From: Isosphaeraceae bacterium
GTDB lineage: Bacteria; Planctomycetota; Planctomycetia; Isosphaerales; Isosphaeraceae
DNA length: 64,000 nt
Assembly: GCA_965201075.1 (NCBI GenBank)
Contig: CBDAVP010000003.1
Coordinates: 1 to 64,000, forward strand
Reading direction: 5' to 3'
The notes beneath the pieces are model-generated. The model was not told where the DNA came from. It saw nothing but the letters and a program-made list of their open reading frames with translations, and ran no database searches. Positions 10,818 to 18,938 of this stretch are shown one piece after another. Each line of letters starts with the position of its first letter. Within the stretch, counting starts at the first letter, position 1. The translations under genes were made by a program, and so were the position numbers.

Positions 10818-12119
10818 ATGCGATTCGCGACCCCGAGGGCTCTGGGATTGGCCCTGGCCACACTGCTCATGCTGACGGGCGGCTCCAGTTCCCTGTTCGC
10901 ACAAAAGGGTGGTGGGGGCGGAGGCGCTCCAGCGGGTGGTGGCGGCGCGATTGGTGGCGGGGCGGCGGTCCGTCCAGCCGGCGTACCCGGTGGAAACAAT
11001 GGGGGTGTCCCCAACAACGTCGGCGGCGGGATTCCGAACAACGTCGGTGGCGGCATCCCCAATGGCCTTGGCGGATTCGGCAACCCGGGCGTATTCGGCG
11101 GATTTCCCGCGGGAATCGGGGGGATCGGCTACAACTCCGCGTTCTACGGCTCGAACTTCGTCGAACCGATCGGCGGGATTGGCTTCGGCGGCGTCGGTTA
11201 TGGCATCGGCTATGGGGGCTATGGGATTAGCTCCGGCGGTTATGGTGGCTATGGAGGTTATGGCGGGTACGGAGGATATGGCGGATATGGGATCGGCGGT
11301 TCGGGGTTTGGATATGGCCCAGGCATCGGCATGACCGTCGCCGACCAGCAGGCGTACAAGGCGGAACAATATAACCTCGCCGGAAGCCAGGCGAATCTGG
11401 CCAACGCCCGCGCCGCGGAGGCCTATTCCGCGGCCAACCTGAAACAGCGACAGGCGATGGATCTGGCCAATGGTGGTAACTCGGCGGGGTCGAACCCTGC
11501 TGGGTTTGACCCTCGCTACAATGTTGAGACCGGTCACACTCGTCCTTACCCACCCCAACTTGCCCACAGGACCCGGAATCACACTCACACGCCGCTGCTG
11601 CCGCGTGACAAGGTACTGGATGCTGACGGGCGAATCCTTTGGCCCGATTCGACCCCTCGCGAGCCGGAGTTGGGCTCGCTTCGCCAAGGGGTGGATACCG
11701 CCTTCCACGACCTGGTTGACGACTCGAAGGCCCACAAGCGGGCCGCGGTGCGAGACGCGGTTTCCGCCAGGGACAAGCTCTACCGCTTCGGCAACGAGGC
11801 GGTCATGGCCATGAGTAATGGCGACCAGGCTCAGGCGGTTCCCGAATTTCAGATCTTCCTCGCCAGCCTTGACCATGCCCTGGTGACCATGTCCAACGCC
11901 GCCCCGAGACTCCAGACGCCTGCCCCCTCGCCCTCCAATACCCCGAAAGGCGCGGGGAGCGTTCTGAGAGACAAGATCGCCGAGGACCGCAAGGACCAAC
12001 CTGCCGCGTCCGACACACCTGCTGCGTCCCGTCCGGAAGACTCGACGCCGGCCGAGGAAGGACCCTCGCAAGGTGGCAAGACTGCGGCGGACGTGCTCAA
12101 GGAAGGCAATCAGCCCTGA
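10818..12119 (+). CDS. Secreted Gly/Tyr-rich low-complexity protein
   Basis: Signal peptide ending SLFA-QK, Gly-rich N-half, helical C-half, followed by a terminator. Confidence 0.75.
   Translation: MRFATPRALGLALATLLMLTGGSSSLFAQKGGGGGGAPAGGGGAIGGGAAVRPAGVPGGNNGGVPNNVGGGIPNNVGGGIPNGLGGFGNPGVFGGFPAGIGGIGYNSAFYGSNFVEPIGGIGFGGVGYGIGYGGYGISSGGYGGYGGYGGYGGYGGYGIGGSGFGYGPGIGMTVADQQAYKAEQYNLAGSQANLANARAAEAYSAANLKQRQAMDLANGGNSAGSNPAGFDPRYNVETGHTRPYPPQLAHRTRNHTHTPLLPRDKVLDADGRILWPDSTPREPELGSLRQGVDTAFHDLVDDSKAHKRAAVRDAVSARDKLYRFGNEAVMAMSNGDQAQAVPEFQIFLASLDHALVTMSNAAPRLQTPAPSPSNTPKGAGSVLRDKIAEDRKDQPAASDTPAASRPEDSTPAEEGPSQGGKTAADVLKEGNQP
11000..11310 (+). repeat. Coding tandem repeats (GG[VI]PNNV units and a GGY run)
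   Basis: ~24-nt aacaacgtcggyggcggsat units and repeated ggn-ggn-tay codons. Confidence 0.7.
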
Positions 12120-12163
12120 CCTTCACCGACGCTTGGATTCACCACTTCCCCCAACTTCCCTAG

Positions 12164-12195
12164 TTCCCCCGCAATCGCGGGGGAATTTTCGTTTC
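12164..12195 (+). terminator. Intrinsic terminator
   Basis: 9-bp stem TTCCCCCGC-aatc-GCGGGGGAA followed by TTTTCGTTTC. Confidence 0.75.
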
Positions 12196-12375
12196 GCGAT
12201 CCTCTGAATTGCCTTCCCCCCCCATTTCAAGGTCTTGGTGACCATCGCCCCAATTCCCGTCTTCTCAGTCGTCTCCGTTTCGGTTGAAGTCACCGGCCGA
12301 AGATCCCGATTTGAGGGGATAGGCGGGTCGGGCCGATCGTCTGGTCCCGCCATGCCCGGAGCAGGAGGCTCTCGC

Positions 12376-13704
12376 ATGACCCAGGGAACGCGGTCGAACG
12401 GCGGATGGCGACCGAATCATTTCGCCACCTTGGGGATGCTCGTCCTCGCTCTGGCATTCCCGATCGCCCTGATGGTTTTCAACCCGACCCTGATGTTCGA
12501 GCGGGGCTGGGAGCAATTCGTCGGGACGGGCATCTACGTTTGGGCGGTGCTGACCCTGGGCCGCGAGTTCCTCCGCGTTCGCGGTGAGGATCGCGCCTTT
12601 GATGAAGCTCCGGCCTTGCTGGCGAGGCTTGCCTCGACCACGGGCGATGGGGTCGCGGCGAATCCCGAGGCCCATCACCGGCTTTTGACTCGTCGCATCG
12701 ATCAACTCGCCCGTCATGCTCGGACGGGGAAATCGGCCTCGGCCGGTCAACTCATGGAGCTGAATCGGGAAGGCTCGGCGCTCGACCAGGAGCACGCCGC
12801 CGGCCGGTTCACCCTCACCAAATACATTCTCTACCTCCTGCCGGTCATCGGGTTCATCGGGACCGTCGAGGGGATCAGCAAGGCGCTGATGAATATCAGC
12901 CTGGTCCTGCCGATGGTCAAGGACCTGGACGCCTTTCTCAACAACCTCACCAGCGTCACGTCGGCCCTCCAGATTGCCTTTGACAGCACCCTGTTGGCCC
13001 TGTTCCTGAGCGCGGCGCTGATGCTCGCCCAGACTTTGGTTTACCGACGCGCCGAGGATTTGCTGGCTCGGGTTGATCGTTGGGTGGTCGACGAGGCCTT
13101 GCCGGCCCTGTCCCGAACCGAGGAAACCGGCCTGGGGGCCGAGTTCTCGAAATTGCGGGCAGAGTTGACCGCTCAGTCCGAACGGGCGTCCGCGGCGTTG
13201 GAAGCGCTGGCGGAACGCCTCGGTGGCGGTCTTGGCCTGGCGCCTCATATCGAACGGTTCGCCACGGCGATCGACCGCCTGCCGCCGGCCCTCGGGTCGC
13301 TCCAGAAGGGGGCCGAGGCGATCGGCCGGGTCGGCGATGACCTCAAGGGGGTTGGCGAGGCGAATGAAACCCTCCGCCGCGCCGCCGCGACGCTCGCCCG
13401 AATCGAGGCCACCCTCGCCCACGGCTCCGGGCAGGACGAGCAGTTGGAGCAGATCCGTCGCGCCATCGAAAAGCAGGTGGCCGCCACCGAGGCCCTGGCC
13501 GGGCAGTGGTCGCAGGCGTTCGAGCGGTCCAGCCGCGTCACCCAGGAGCAGTTGGCCAGGACCCTCCACAGCCTCAAGGACGCCCTCGACATGCTCAACG
13601 TGTCGATGGAGCAGGGCAACGCCCTATACCGCAGCATTGTCAAGCGGATGCTCCCCGGCTCCTCGTCGCTGGCCGCCTATTCCGGCGAGGAACAGGCCGC
13701 GTGA
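12376..13704 (+). CDS. MotA/TolQ/ExbB-family channel protein with long C-terminal helical tail
   Basis: LPVIGFIGTVEG and ALQIAFDSTLLAL TM motifs, four hydrophobic segments, AGGAGG upstream. Confidence 0.85.
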   Translation: MTQGTRSNGGWRPNHFATLGMLVLALAFPIALMVFNPTLMFERGWEQFVGTGIYVWAVLTLGREFLRVRGEDRAFDEAPALLARLASTTGDGVAANPEAHHRLLTRRIDQLARHARTGKSASAGQLMELNREGSALDQEHAAGRFTLTKYILYLLPVIGFIGTVEGISKALMNISLVLPMVKDLDAFLNNLTSVTSALQIAFDSTLLALFLSAALMLAQTLVYRRAEDLLARVDRWVVDEALPALSRTEETGLGAEFSKLRAELTAQSERASAALEALAERLGGGLGLAPHIERFATAIDRLPPALGSLQKGAEAIGRVGDDLKGVGEANETLRRAAATLARIEATLAHGSGQDEQLEQIRRAIEKQVAATEALAGQWSQAFERSSRVTQEQLARTLHSLKDALDMLNVSMEQGNALYRSIVKRMLPGSSSLAAYSGEEQAA

Positions 13705-14879
13705 GCGAGTCGAACCTCGAAAGGGAACCGGGCGGAACCGGCCGCGGACCGTCACCCTCGTGGCGACGGTTCCCCTTGGGATTTCTGGGGATGCTCGCTT
13801 TGGTGGCGGGCGCCGAGGGGTATGTCCGTCGTCACCCGGTGGCGTTTTCCGACTATGCCTCGCTGTCCTGGCAGGACGCCGGGGCCGCCGCCCGGGGCGA
13901 GGACGTCCGCCACGCCGAGGTCCTTTGCCTGGGAGACAGCCTGGTCAAGGTGGGGGTCCTGCCCAACGTCCTGGAAGCCCGTCTCGGCCGGACGGCGTTC
14001 AACCTGGGAATTTACGGCGGTCAGGCGGCCAGCAGTTACTTCCTTCTGAGGAGGGCCCTCGACTCCGGGGCGCGTCCTCGGGCCATCCTCGTGGACTTTC
14101 ACCCCAACTTGCTGGCCGTCGCCCCGAAATCCAGCGGCGATTTCTGGCCTGGACTTCTCGACATCCGCGACGCCCTCGACCTCGCCAGGACGACAGCCGA
14201 CCTGGGCTTGATCGCCGGGGTCGCGGCGAATGGGTTGGTCCCCTCGGTCCGCGACCGCCACGGCATCCGCAAGGCCGTCTTCGCGTCGCTGGAAGGGAAG
14301 GATTCCGAGTCGGCGTTCGACCTCCATGCTTTACGCCTCAACTGGAATCGCAATCGTGGGGCCCACCTGGTCGCCCCTCGTGCCTACGTGGTCAAGCTCG
14401 AGCCCGAGCAAGGGTCGCCGGGGCCGAGGATCGTCTGGTCGGCGAACCGCTCCAATGCGTCGTATGCCCGTCGCCTTTTCCAATTGGCCGCCGATCGGCG
14501 AATCCAAGTGGTCTGGGTGATCCCCCCGGCGGACCCGTCCTGGCAGGCCCATCGCGAACGGATCGGCGCCGATGCGGGCCTGAGCCGGTTCGTGCGGGAG
14601 ATCTCCCACCAATTTCCCGAAGTCCTCGTCGTCGACGGCCGGCACTCGGGCTATGACCGGCCGGCGTTCGTGGACGAGACCCACATGGGGAGGGACGGGG
14701 CGGCCGAATTCACCACGGCCCTGGCCGACTTCCTGGTCTCCCGACTTTCGCGCGACGGTTCCCAGGGCGGGATTGTTCCCCTGACCCCTTTCCAGGGACG
14801 GCCGGCGGGCATTCCTCTGGAAGACCTCCAGCAGACCAAGGCGAGGTTGGCCGCAATGGGCGGGCCGCTCCGGTTTTAA
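13701..14879 (+). CDS. Membrane-anchored SGNH/GDSL-like protein
   Basis: N-terminal TM, LCLGDS, FNLG and DETH (DxxH); GTG overlaps the upstream TGA. Confidence 0.65.
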   Translation: MSESNLEREPGGTGRGPSPSWRRFPLGFLGMLALVAGAEGYVRRHPVAFSDYASLSWQDAGAAARGEDVRHAEVLCLGDSLVKVGVLPNVLEARLGRTAFNLGIYGGQAASSYFLLRRALDSGARPRAILVDFHPNLLAVAPKSSGDFWPGLLDIRDALDLARTTADLGLIAGVAANGLVPSVRDRHGIRKAVFASLEGKDSESAFDLHALRLNWNRNRGAHLVAPRAYVVKLEPEQGSPGPRIVWSANRSNASYARRLFQLAADRRIQVVWVIPPADPSWQAHRERIGADAGLSRFVREISHQFPEVLVVDGRHSGYDRPAFVDETHMGRDGAAEFTTALADFLVSRLSRDGSQGGIVPLTPFQGRPAGIPLEDLQQTKARLAAMGGPLRF

Positions 14880-14926
14880 GCCGTGGATTGGCCGATTTCT
14901 TTTGAGGACCGACGGGGGCCGAGACG

Positions 14927-15673
14927 ATGCGACGATCGCGGAGGGGCGGACATGGCGGCCTGGAGTTCGGCGGCGGCTCGGGAGAGGATTCGTTCGTCGC
15001 GGTCGTCGTCACCAAACTGACCGGCGCCCTGCTGTTCATCCTCTTGCTTAGCCTGGTCATCATGGCCCTGCTGCCCAAGGCCATGGACATGCCCCGTCCC
15101 CGAGACACCGACGCCGACCTTGCGCCTCTGACCCTGGCCATCGCCACGCCCGAAACCTTACCGGAAGCGATCGCCGGCCGCCCCTACTCGGTGGCGATGG
15201 CGGCCACCGGTGGCTCGGGAGTCTTGCATTGGGGACTGGACGGCAAACTTCCCGAAGGGATGACATTCGACCCCGCGACCGCCCTGCTCCAGGGCACCCC
15301 AAAGACCGGCACGCCCGAGCCCCTGGGTCTACTCTTGCGAGTCACCGACGGGCACGACCGCGCCAGCCGCCCGGCGAAACTGGTCGTGTTTCAGTCTCCC
15401 GAGACACTGAGCACACCGTCCCGCTGGAAGCCAGCGCTGCCGCCGCTGCCCTGGAAAGCGTGGCTGGATCAGGGGTTTGGCTTCCTGCTGCTCTTGCTGG
15501 TCTACCTTGCCGGGATGAATACGCTGGCCGCCCTCCAGCGATGGTCGGCCAGCGACGTTGACGGCGAAGGTCTCGCCAAACGTAGGTTCGCGGCCTACCG
15601 ATGGCTGATCCGTCTGGCCAGCCTTGCCGCCGCGGCGGGCCTGGCGTTGTGGATGGCCACGGTGCGATCGTGA
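14927..15673 (+). CDS. Membrane protein with MotB/ExbD-like N-terminal TM, putative Ig (He_PIG-like) domain and two C-terminal TMs
   Basis: EDSF before TM1; LPEAIAGRPYS...LPEGMTFDPATALLQGTP Ig-like pattern. Confidence 0.65.
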   Translation: MRRSRRGGHGGLEFGGGSGEDSFVAVVVTKLTGALLFILLLSLVIMALLPKAMDMPRPRDTDADLAPLTLAIATPETLPEAIAGRPYSVAMAATGGSGVLHWGLDGKLPEGMTFDPATALLQGTPKTGTPEPLGLLLRVTDGHDRASRPAKLVVFQSPETLSTPSRWKPALPPLPWKAWLDQGFGFLLLLLVYLAGMNTLAALQRWSASDVDGEGLAKRRFAAYRWLIRLASLAAAAGLALWMATVRS

Positions 15674-15737
15674 CGAGATCCGACGTTTCCTCACGACACC
15701 GAAAGCCCGGGACGATTGTCGCCCCGGGCGGGGGAGT

Positions 15738-16241
15738 TCACTCCGCGTCGGGAGTTTCCGGGGCACTTGCCACGGTGCCAGCCTGAGCCTTGCGGGCGGC
15801 CTTGGCCTCGGCCTTGGCGGTCTTCTTGCCGAGACGGACGGCGCGCTTCTGGGCCTTGGCAGCCTGCGCCTCGGCGACGGTCGCCTTGCCGGCGGCGTGC
15901 CGCTCCTTGAGCCGCACCGCCTTGCCCGAAAGGTTCCGCAGAAAATACAGCTTCGCGCGACGGACCTTGGCGCGGCGCTTGACGACGACGTCGGCGATGC
16001 GGGGGGAGTGGACCGGAAACTTTCGCTCGACCCCCTCGCCCGCGACGATCCGCCGCACGACGAACATCTCGCGAGTGTTGGCGCCGGAGCGGGCGATCAC
16101 CACGCCGTTGAAGATCTGGATGCGCTCTTTCTCGCCTTCCAGGATGCGGACATGGACATCGACGGTGTCGCCAATCTCGAAGAACGGCAAGGTCTCTTTC
16201 ATGCTGGAGCGTTCGATCAGCTCCATGAAGGCGTTCTGCAT
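15738..16241 (-). CDS. rplS: 50S ribosomal protein L19
   Basis: GDTVDVHVRILEGEKERIQIFNG, GVERKFP, KVRRAKLYFLR. Confidence 0.98.
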   Translation of the reverse strand: MQNAFMELIERSSMKETLPFFEIGDTVDVHVRILEGEKERIQIFNGVVIARSGANTREMFVVRRIVAGEGVERKFPVHSPRIADVVVKRRAKVRRAKLYFLRNLSGKAVRLKERHAAGKATVAEAQAAKAQKRAVRLGKKTAKAEAKAARKAQAGTVASAPETPDAE

Positions 16242-16266
16242 TGGGGGACCGTGACCTTTCCGGGCA

Positions 16267-16965
16267 TCAGCCCGGGTGGGGACGCCTCAACTTGTGCTCG
16301 TCCCGCCAACGGGCGATCGCGGCGTGGTCGCCGCCGAGCAGAATAGGGGGGACTTCCCGACCTCGAAAGGTGCGAGGCCGGGTGAAGTGCGGGTATTCCA
16401 GGGCCCCGTCCGGTCCAAACGACTCGTCCAGGGCACTTTCGGCGTCGCCAAGGACGCCGGGGATCAGCCTCATGGTGGCATCGATGACGATCATGGCGGG
16501 CACCTCGCCCCCCGAGACGACGAAATCGCCGACCGACAACAGTTCCGGGTTCAGCTCGTCCACGATCCGCTCGTCAAACCCCTCGTAGCGACCGCACAAC
16601 AGGATCAGTCGAGGTTCCTCGGCCAGTTCGCGAACCAGGCCTTGATCGAGTCTGCGGCCCCTGGGGCTGAGGGCGATCAACCGGCCGGGCGCGTCGGCCC
16701 GAGCCTGGACCGCCTCGGTGGCCGAGACGACGGGAGGGGCCATCAGCACCATGCCAGGGCCGCCGCCGAAGGGCCGATCATCCACCTGCCGGTGCCGCCC
16801 CTCGGCCCACTCGCGGAGGTCCCAGAGGTGGACCTCCACGAACCCCGAGACGATCGCCCGCCGGAGAATGCTCTCGGACAGGAAGCCGTCAAAAAGGCCG
16901 GGGAAGAGAGTCAGCACGTCGACGCGGAGGCGTCGCGGGTTGGGATCGGCCGGAGGAGACGACAT
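16267..16965 (-). CDS. trmD: tRNA (guanine37-N1)-methyltransferase
   Basis: VDDRPFGGGPGMV, LCGRYEGFDER, GDFVVSGGE, LEYPHFTRP. Confidence 0.98.
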   Translation of the reverse strand: MSSPPADPNPRRLRVDVLTLFPGLFDGFLSESILRRAIVSGFVEVHLWDLREWAEGRHRQVDDRPFGGGPGMVLMAPPVVSATEAVQARADAPGRLIALSPRGRRLDQGLVRELAEEPRLILLCGRYEGFDERIVDELNPELLSVGDFVVSGGEVPAMIVIDATMRLIPGVLGDAESALDESFGPDGALEYPHFTRPRTFRGREVPPILLGGDHAAIARWRDEHKLRRPHPG

Positions 16966-16990
16966 GGGCGAGGCCCGGATCTTTCGGCCG

Positions 16991-17452
16991 TCAGGGTTGC
17001 TCGGCGCCCGGCTCGGGCGGAACAGTGGAAGCCGGCGGCTCGGTCGGAGCGGCGGCCTGCGCCGGTGCCTCGGTCTCCGCTGGGTCCGTGGCCGGGGTGG
17101 TGACCTTGGGGCGGATGACCGGAGCCGGGGCCGCGGACGTCTTCAGCGAGGGCGGCACGGCCGGAGCCTCCGGCTCGGCGACCTCCCACGACTCGCCGGG
17201 AGCGGGCTTCTTGATGCCATGACGCTTCAAAATCGCCGCGACCTTCTCGCTGGGCTGGGCGCCAACGGACAGCCAGTAGCGGATGCGGCTGACCTTCAGG
17301 ACCTCGCGGCCCTCGGTGTTGCGGACCAACGGGTCATAATGGCCCAATTCCTCGATGGCACGTCCATCGCGGGGGGATCGAGCGTCCATGGCGCAGATGC
17401 GGAAAAACGGGCGATGGCGACGGCCGAACGATTTCATGCGAAGGCGAACCAC
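16991..17452 (-). CDS. rpsP: 30S ribosomal protein S16 with Pro/Ala-rich tail
   Basis: VRLRMKSFGRRHRPFFRI, SPRDGRAIEELGHYDP, WLSVGAQPS; GTG start with GGAG upstream. Confidence 0.95.
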   Translation of the reverse strand: MVRLRMKSFGRRHRPFFRICAMDARSPRDGRAIEELGHYDPLVRNTEGREVLKVSRIRYWLSVGAQPSEKVAAILKRHGIKKPAPGESWEVAEPEAPAVPPSLKTSAAPAPVIRPKVTTPATDPAETEAPAQAAAPTEPPASTVPPEPGAEQP

Positions 17453-17656
17453 TCGAACACTCCCAAACAGCGAAACGGCTCGGACGCATGGCAAGTCCGG
17501 GCGGGGCACCCTGGGTTGAGGAACAAGGCCGGTCCCGAGCCAACGGCGGCCTCGTTCGCGATCGGCTAGACCGCGAACCCCTGACGATCGGCGAGAGGGC
17601 GAGCACATTCGGCCCAAACGCAAGACAACACCGGCGCAAATTGGCGAGAGCCAACG

Positions 17657-17684
17657 ATTATCCAGTTCACAGCCGGCCGTTCAA
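17657..17684 (-). promoter_or_regulatory. Putative sigma70-type promoter for rpsP-trmD-rplS
   Basis: TTGAAC-16nt-GATAAT on the minus strand. Confidence 0.45.
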
Positions 17685-17824
17685 GCAGAAATTGCACGAC
17701 GTGAGAATTTCGCTAGTTCTAAACGGTCCCAAACGGATCGTGACTGTGATCGGAGAACGGAGGGGGGATCCAGGAGTTCGGGCACGATCTAGGAGATGGC
17801 AGGGGATCTCGAGTCCGCGACTTC

Positions 17825-18436
17825 TTACGCCTTCAAGGGACCAGCGCGCCGGGTCTTTTCCAACTTGCCGCGTTTTCTCAGACGAAGCATTTCGGTCAAA
17901 AGCCGTTCGCCCGCGACGTTCTTTCCGCTGGCGGTTTCAAACCGTTTCCTCATGAGGTCGAGCGACGTCGGGTCCAGGGCGAGCTGATCCGCGGTGATCC
18001 CCATGTCCCGATGGAGGTCGATCAGAACGTCGCGATCGAACTCGTTGAGATTTTGACTCCCGAACTGGATCGCGCGAATCACATCCGGAAGGTTTTCGAG
18101 CGTGTAGAGCCGGGACTCTCCGAAGGCTGCTGGAATTCGGGTCGAGGAAGGGTCCGTGACGAGGACGTAAATGGGTTTGAGACGGGCGCGTGCCGCCCCG
18201 AACTCGACGGCCATCGTCGTGGAAAAGCCCGATGGTGAGAGGATTGCGAGAAAGGCTTCGCTTTCGGCGAGAGCCTCCCAAATCACGTCACCGGGATCCC
18301 GACCCCGATCCAGGTCGAGATTCGTCATGGTTTCCAGGCCGGCATCCCGACAAGCCTGTGAGACGGAAGTCGCCAAGGCCGCGTCTTTCAAGGCGTGGGA
18401 AATGAAAACATCGCAAGGCTTAGCTTGTTTTCTCAT
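17825..18436 (-). CDS. TIR-domain protein with extra C-terminal helical domain
   Basis: DVFISHA..D, FLAILS, AVEFGAA, KPIYVL; then ~70 aa ending LLTEMLRLRKRGKL. Confidence 0.85.
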   Translation of the reverse strand: MRKQAKPCDVFISHALKDAALATSVSQACRDAGLETMTNLDLDRGRDPGDVIWEALAESEAFLAILSPSGFSTTMAVEFGAARARLKPIYVLVTDPSSTRIPAAFGESRLYTLENLPDVIRAIQFGSQNLNEFDRDVLIDLHRDMGITADQLALDPTSLDLMRKRFETASGKNVAGERLLTEMLRLRKRGKLEKTRRAGPLKA

Positions 18437-18875
18437 GATAGTCCTTCACTCGTTCCGAAAGGTCGGCCAGATATTGGTCGATTTCGTTGAGATGCAGGGC
18501 TTTCTTGCTCTTGATCAGATCAGGGATCGGATCGACGGCGACGTGACACATCAGAATGATAATTCGCGTCTTGTTGCTTCGTCCCCAGGCCGCGCCAATT
18601 TCGAGGGTCACCCACTGCCGATTCACCGAGTCGGGAGTCAAAATCACGATGACTTCCTTGGCGAGATTGATCTGGCGGCGGATTTCCTCGGGGATGTCGT
18701 CGCCCCCATGGATATCGCGGTCGTCGCGGAAGGTTTCGGCCCCACGGAGTTCGATCTTCTCGCAAATCGTTTTCGCGATCCATTTGTCCGAAGTCGCGTG
18801 ACTGATGAAGACCCGATACGGCTTCCGCGCTGACGGAGCAGGCTCCGTTGTGAAAGGCCGAGTTCGCTTGGCCAT
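18420..18875 (-). CDS. Stand-alone TIR-domain protein
   Basis: RVFISHATSD, FRDDRDIHGGD, VIVILTPDS, WVTLEIGAA. Confidence 0.9.
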   Translation of the reverse strand: MAKRTRPFTTEPAPSARKPYRVFISHATSDKWIAKTICEKIELRGAETFRDDRDIHGGDDIPEEIRRQINLAKEVIVILTPDSVNRQWVTLEIGAAWGRSNKTRIIILMCHVAVDPIPDLIKSKKALHLNEIDQYLADLSERVKDYHEKTS

Positions 18876-18938
18876 CGGAAGGGATTAGCCTCGACATCGA
18901 ACGAAGGAACGCTTGAGCCCAGACGAATCGCAACAAAA

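Noticed and set aside
10658..11083. Pro-rich N-terminal extension of the minus-strand response regulator
   Set aside because: It is the antisense reading of the Gly-rich gene; the ATG at 10657 gives a normal receiver protein
12376..15673. Calling the MotA-like cluster Zorya or a flagellar stator
   Set aside because: Partner lacks an OmpA-like peptidoglycan-binding domain, and no ZorC/D/E or flagellar genes are present
17825..18875. Calling the TIR pair a complete Thoeris system
   Set aside because: No ThsA-type effector adjacent; the LOG-family fragment at the window start is ~17.5 kb away and looks housekeeping
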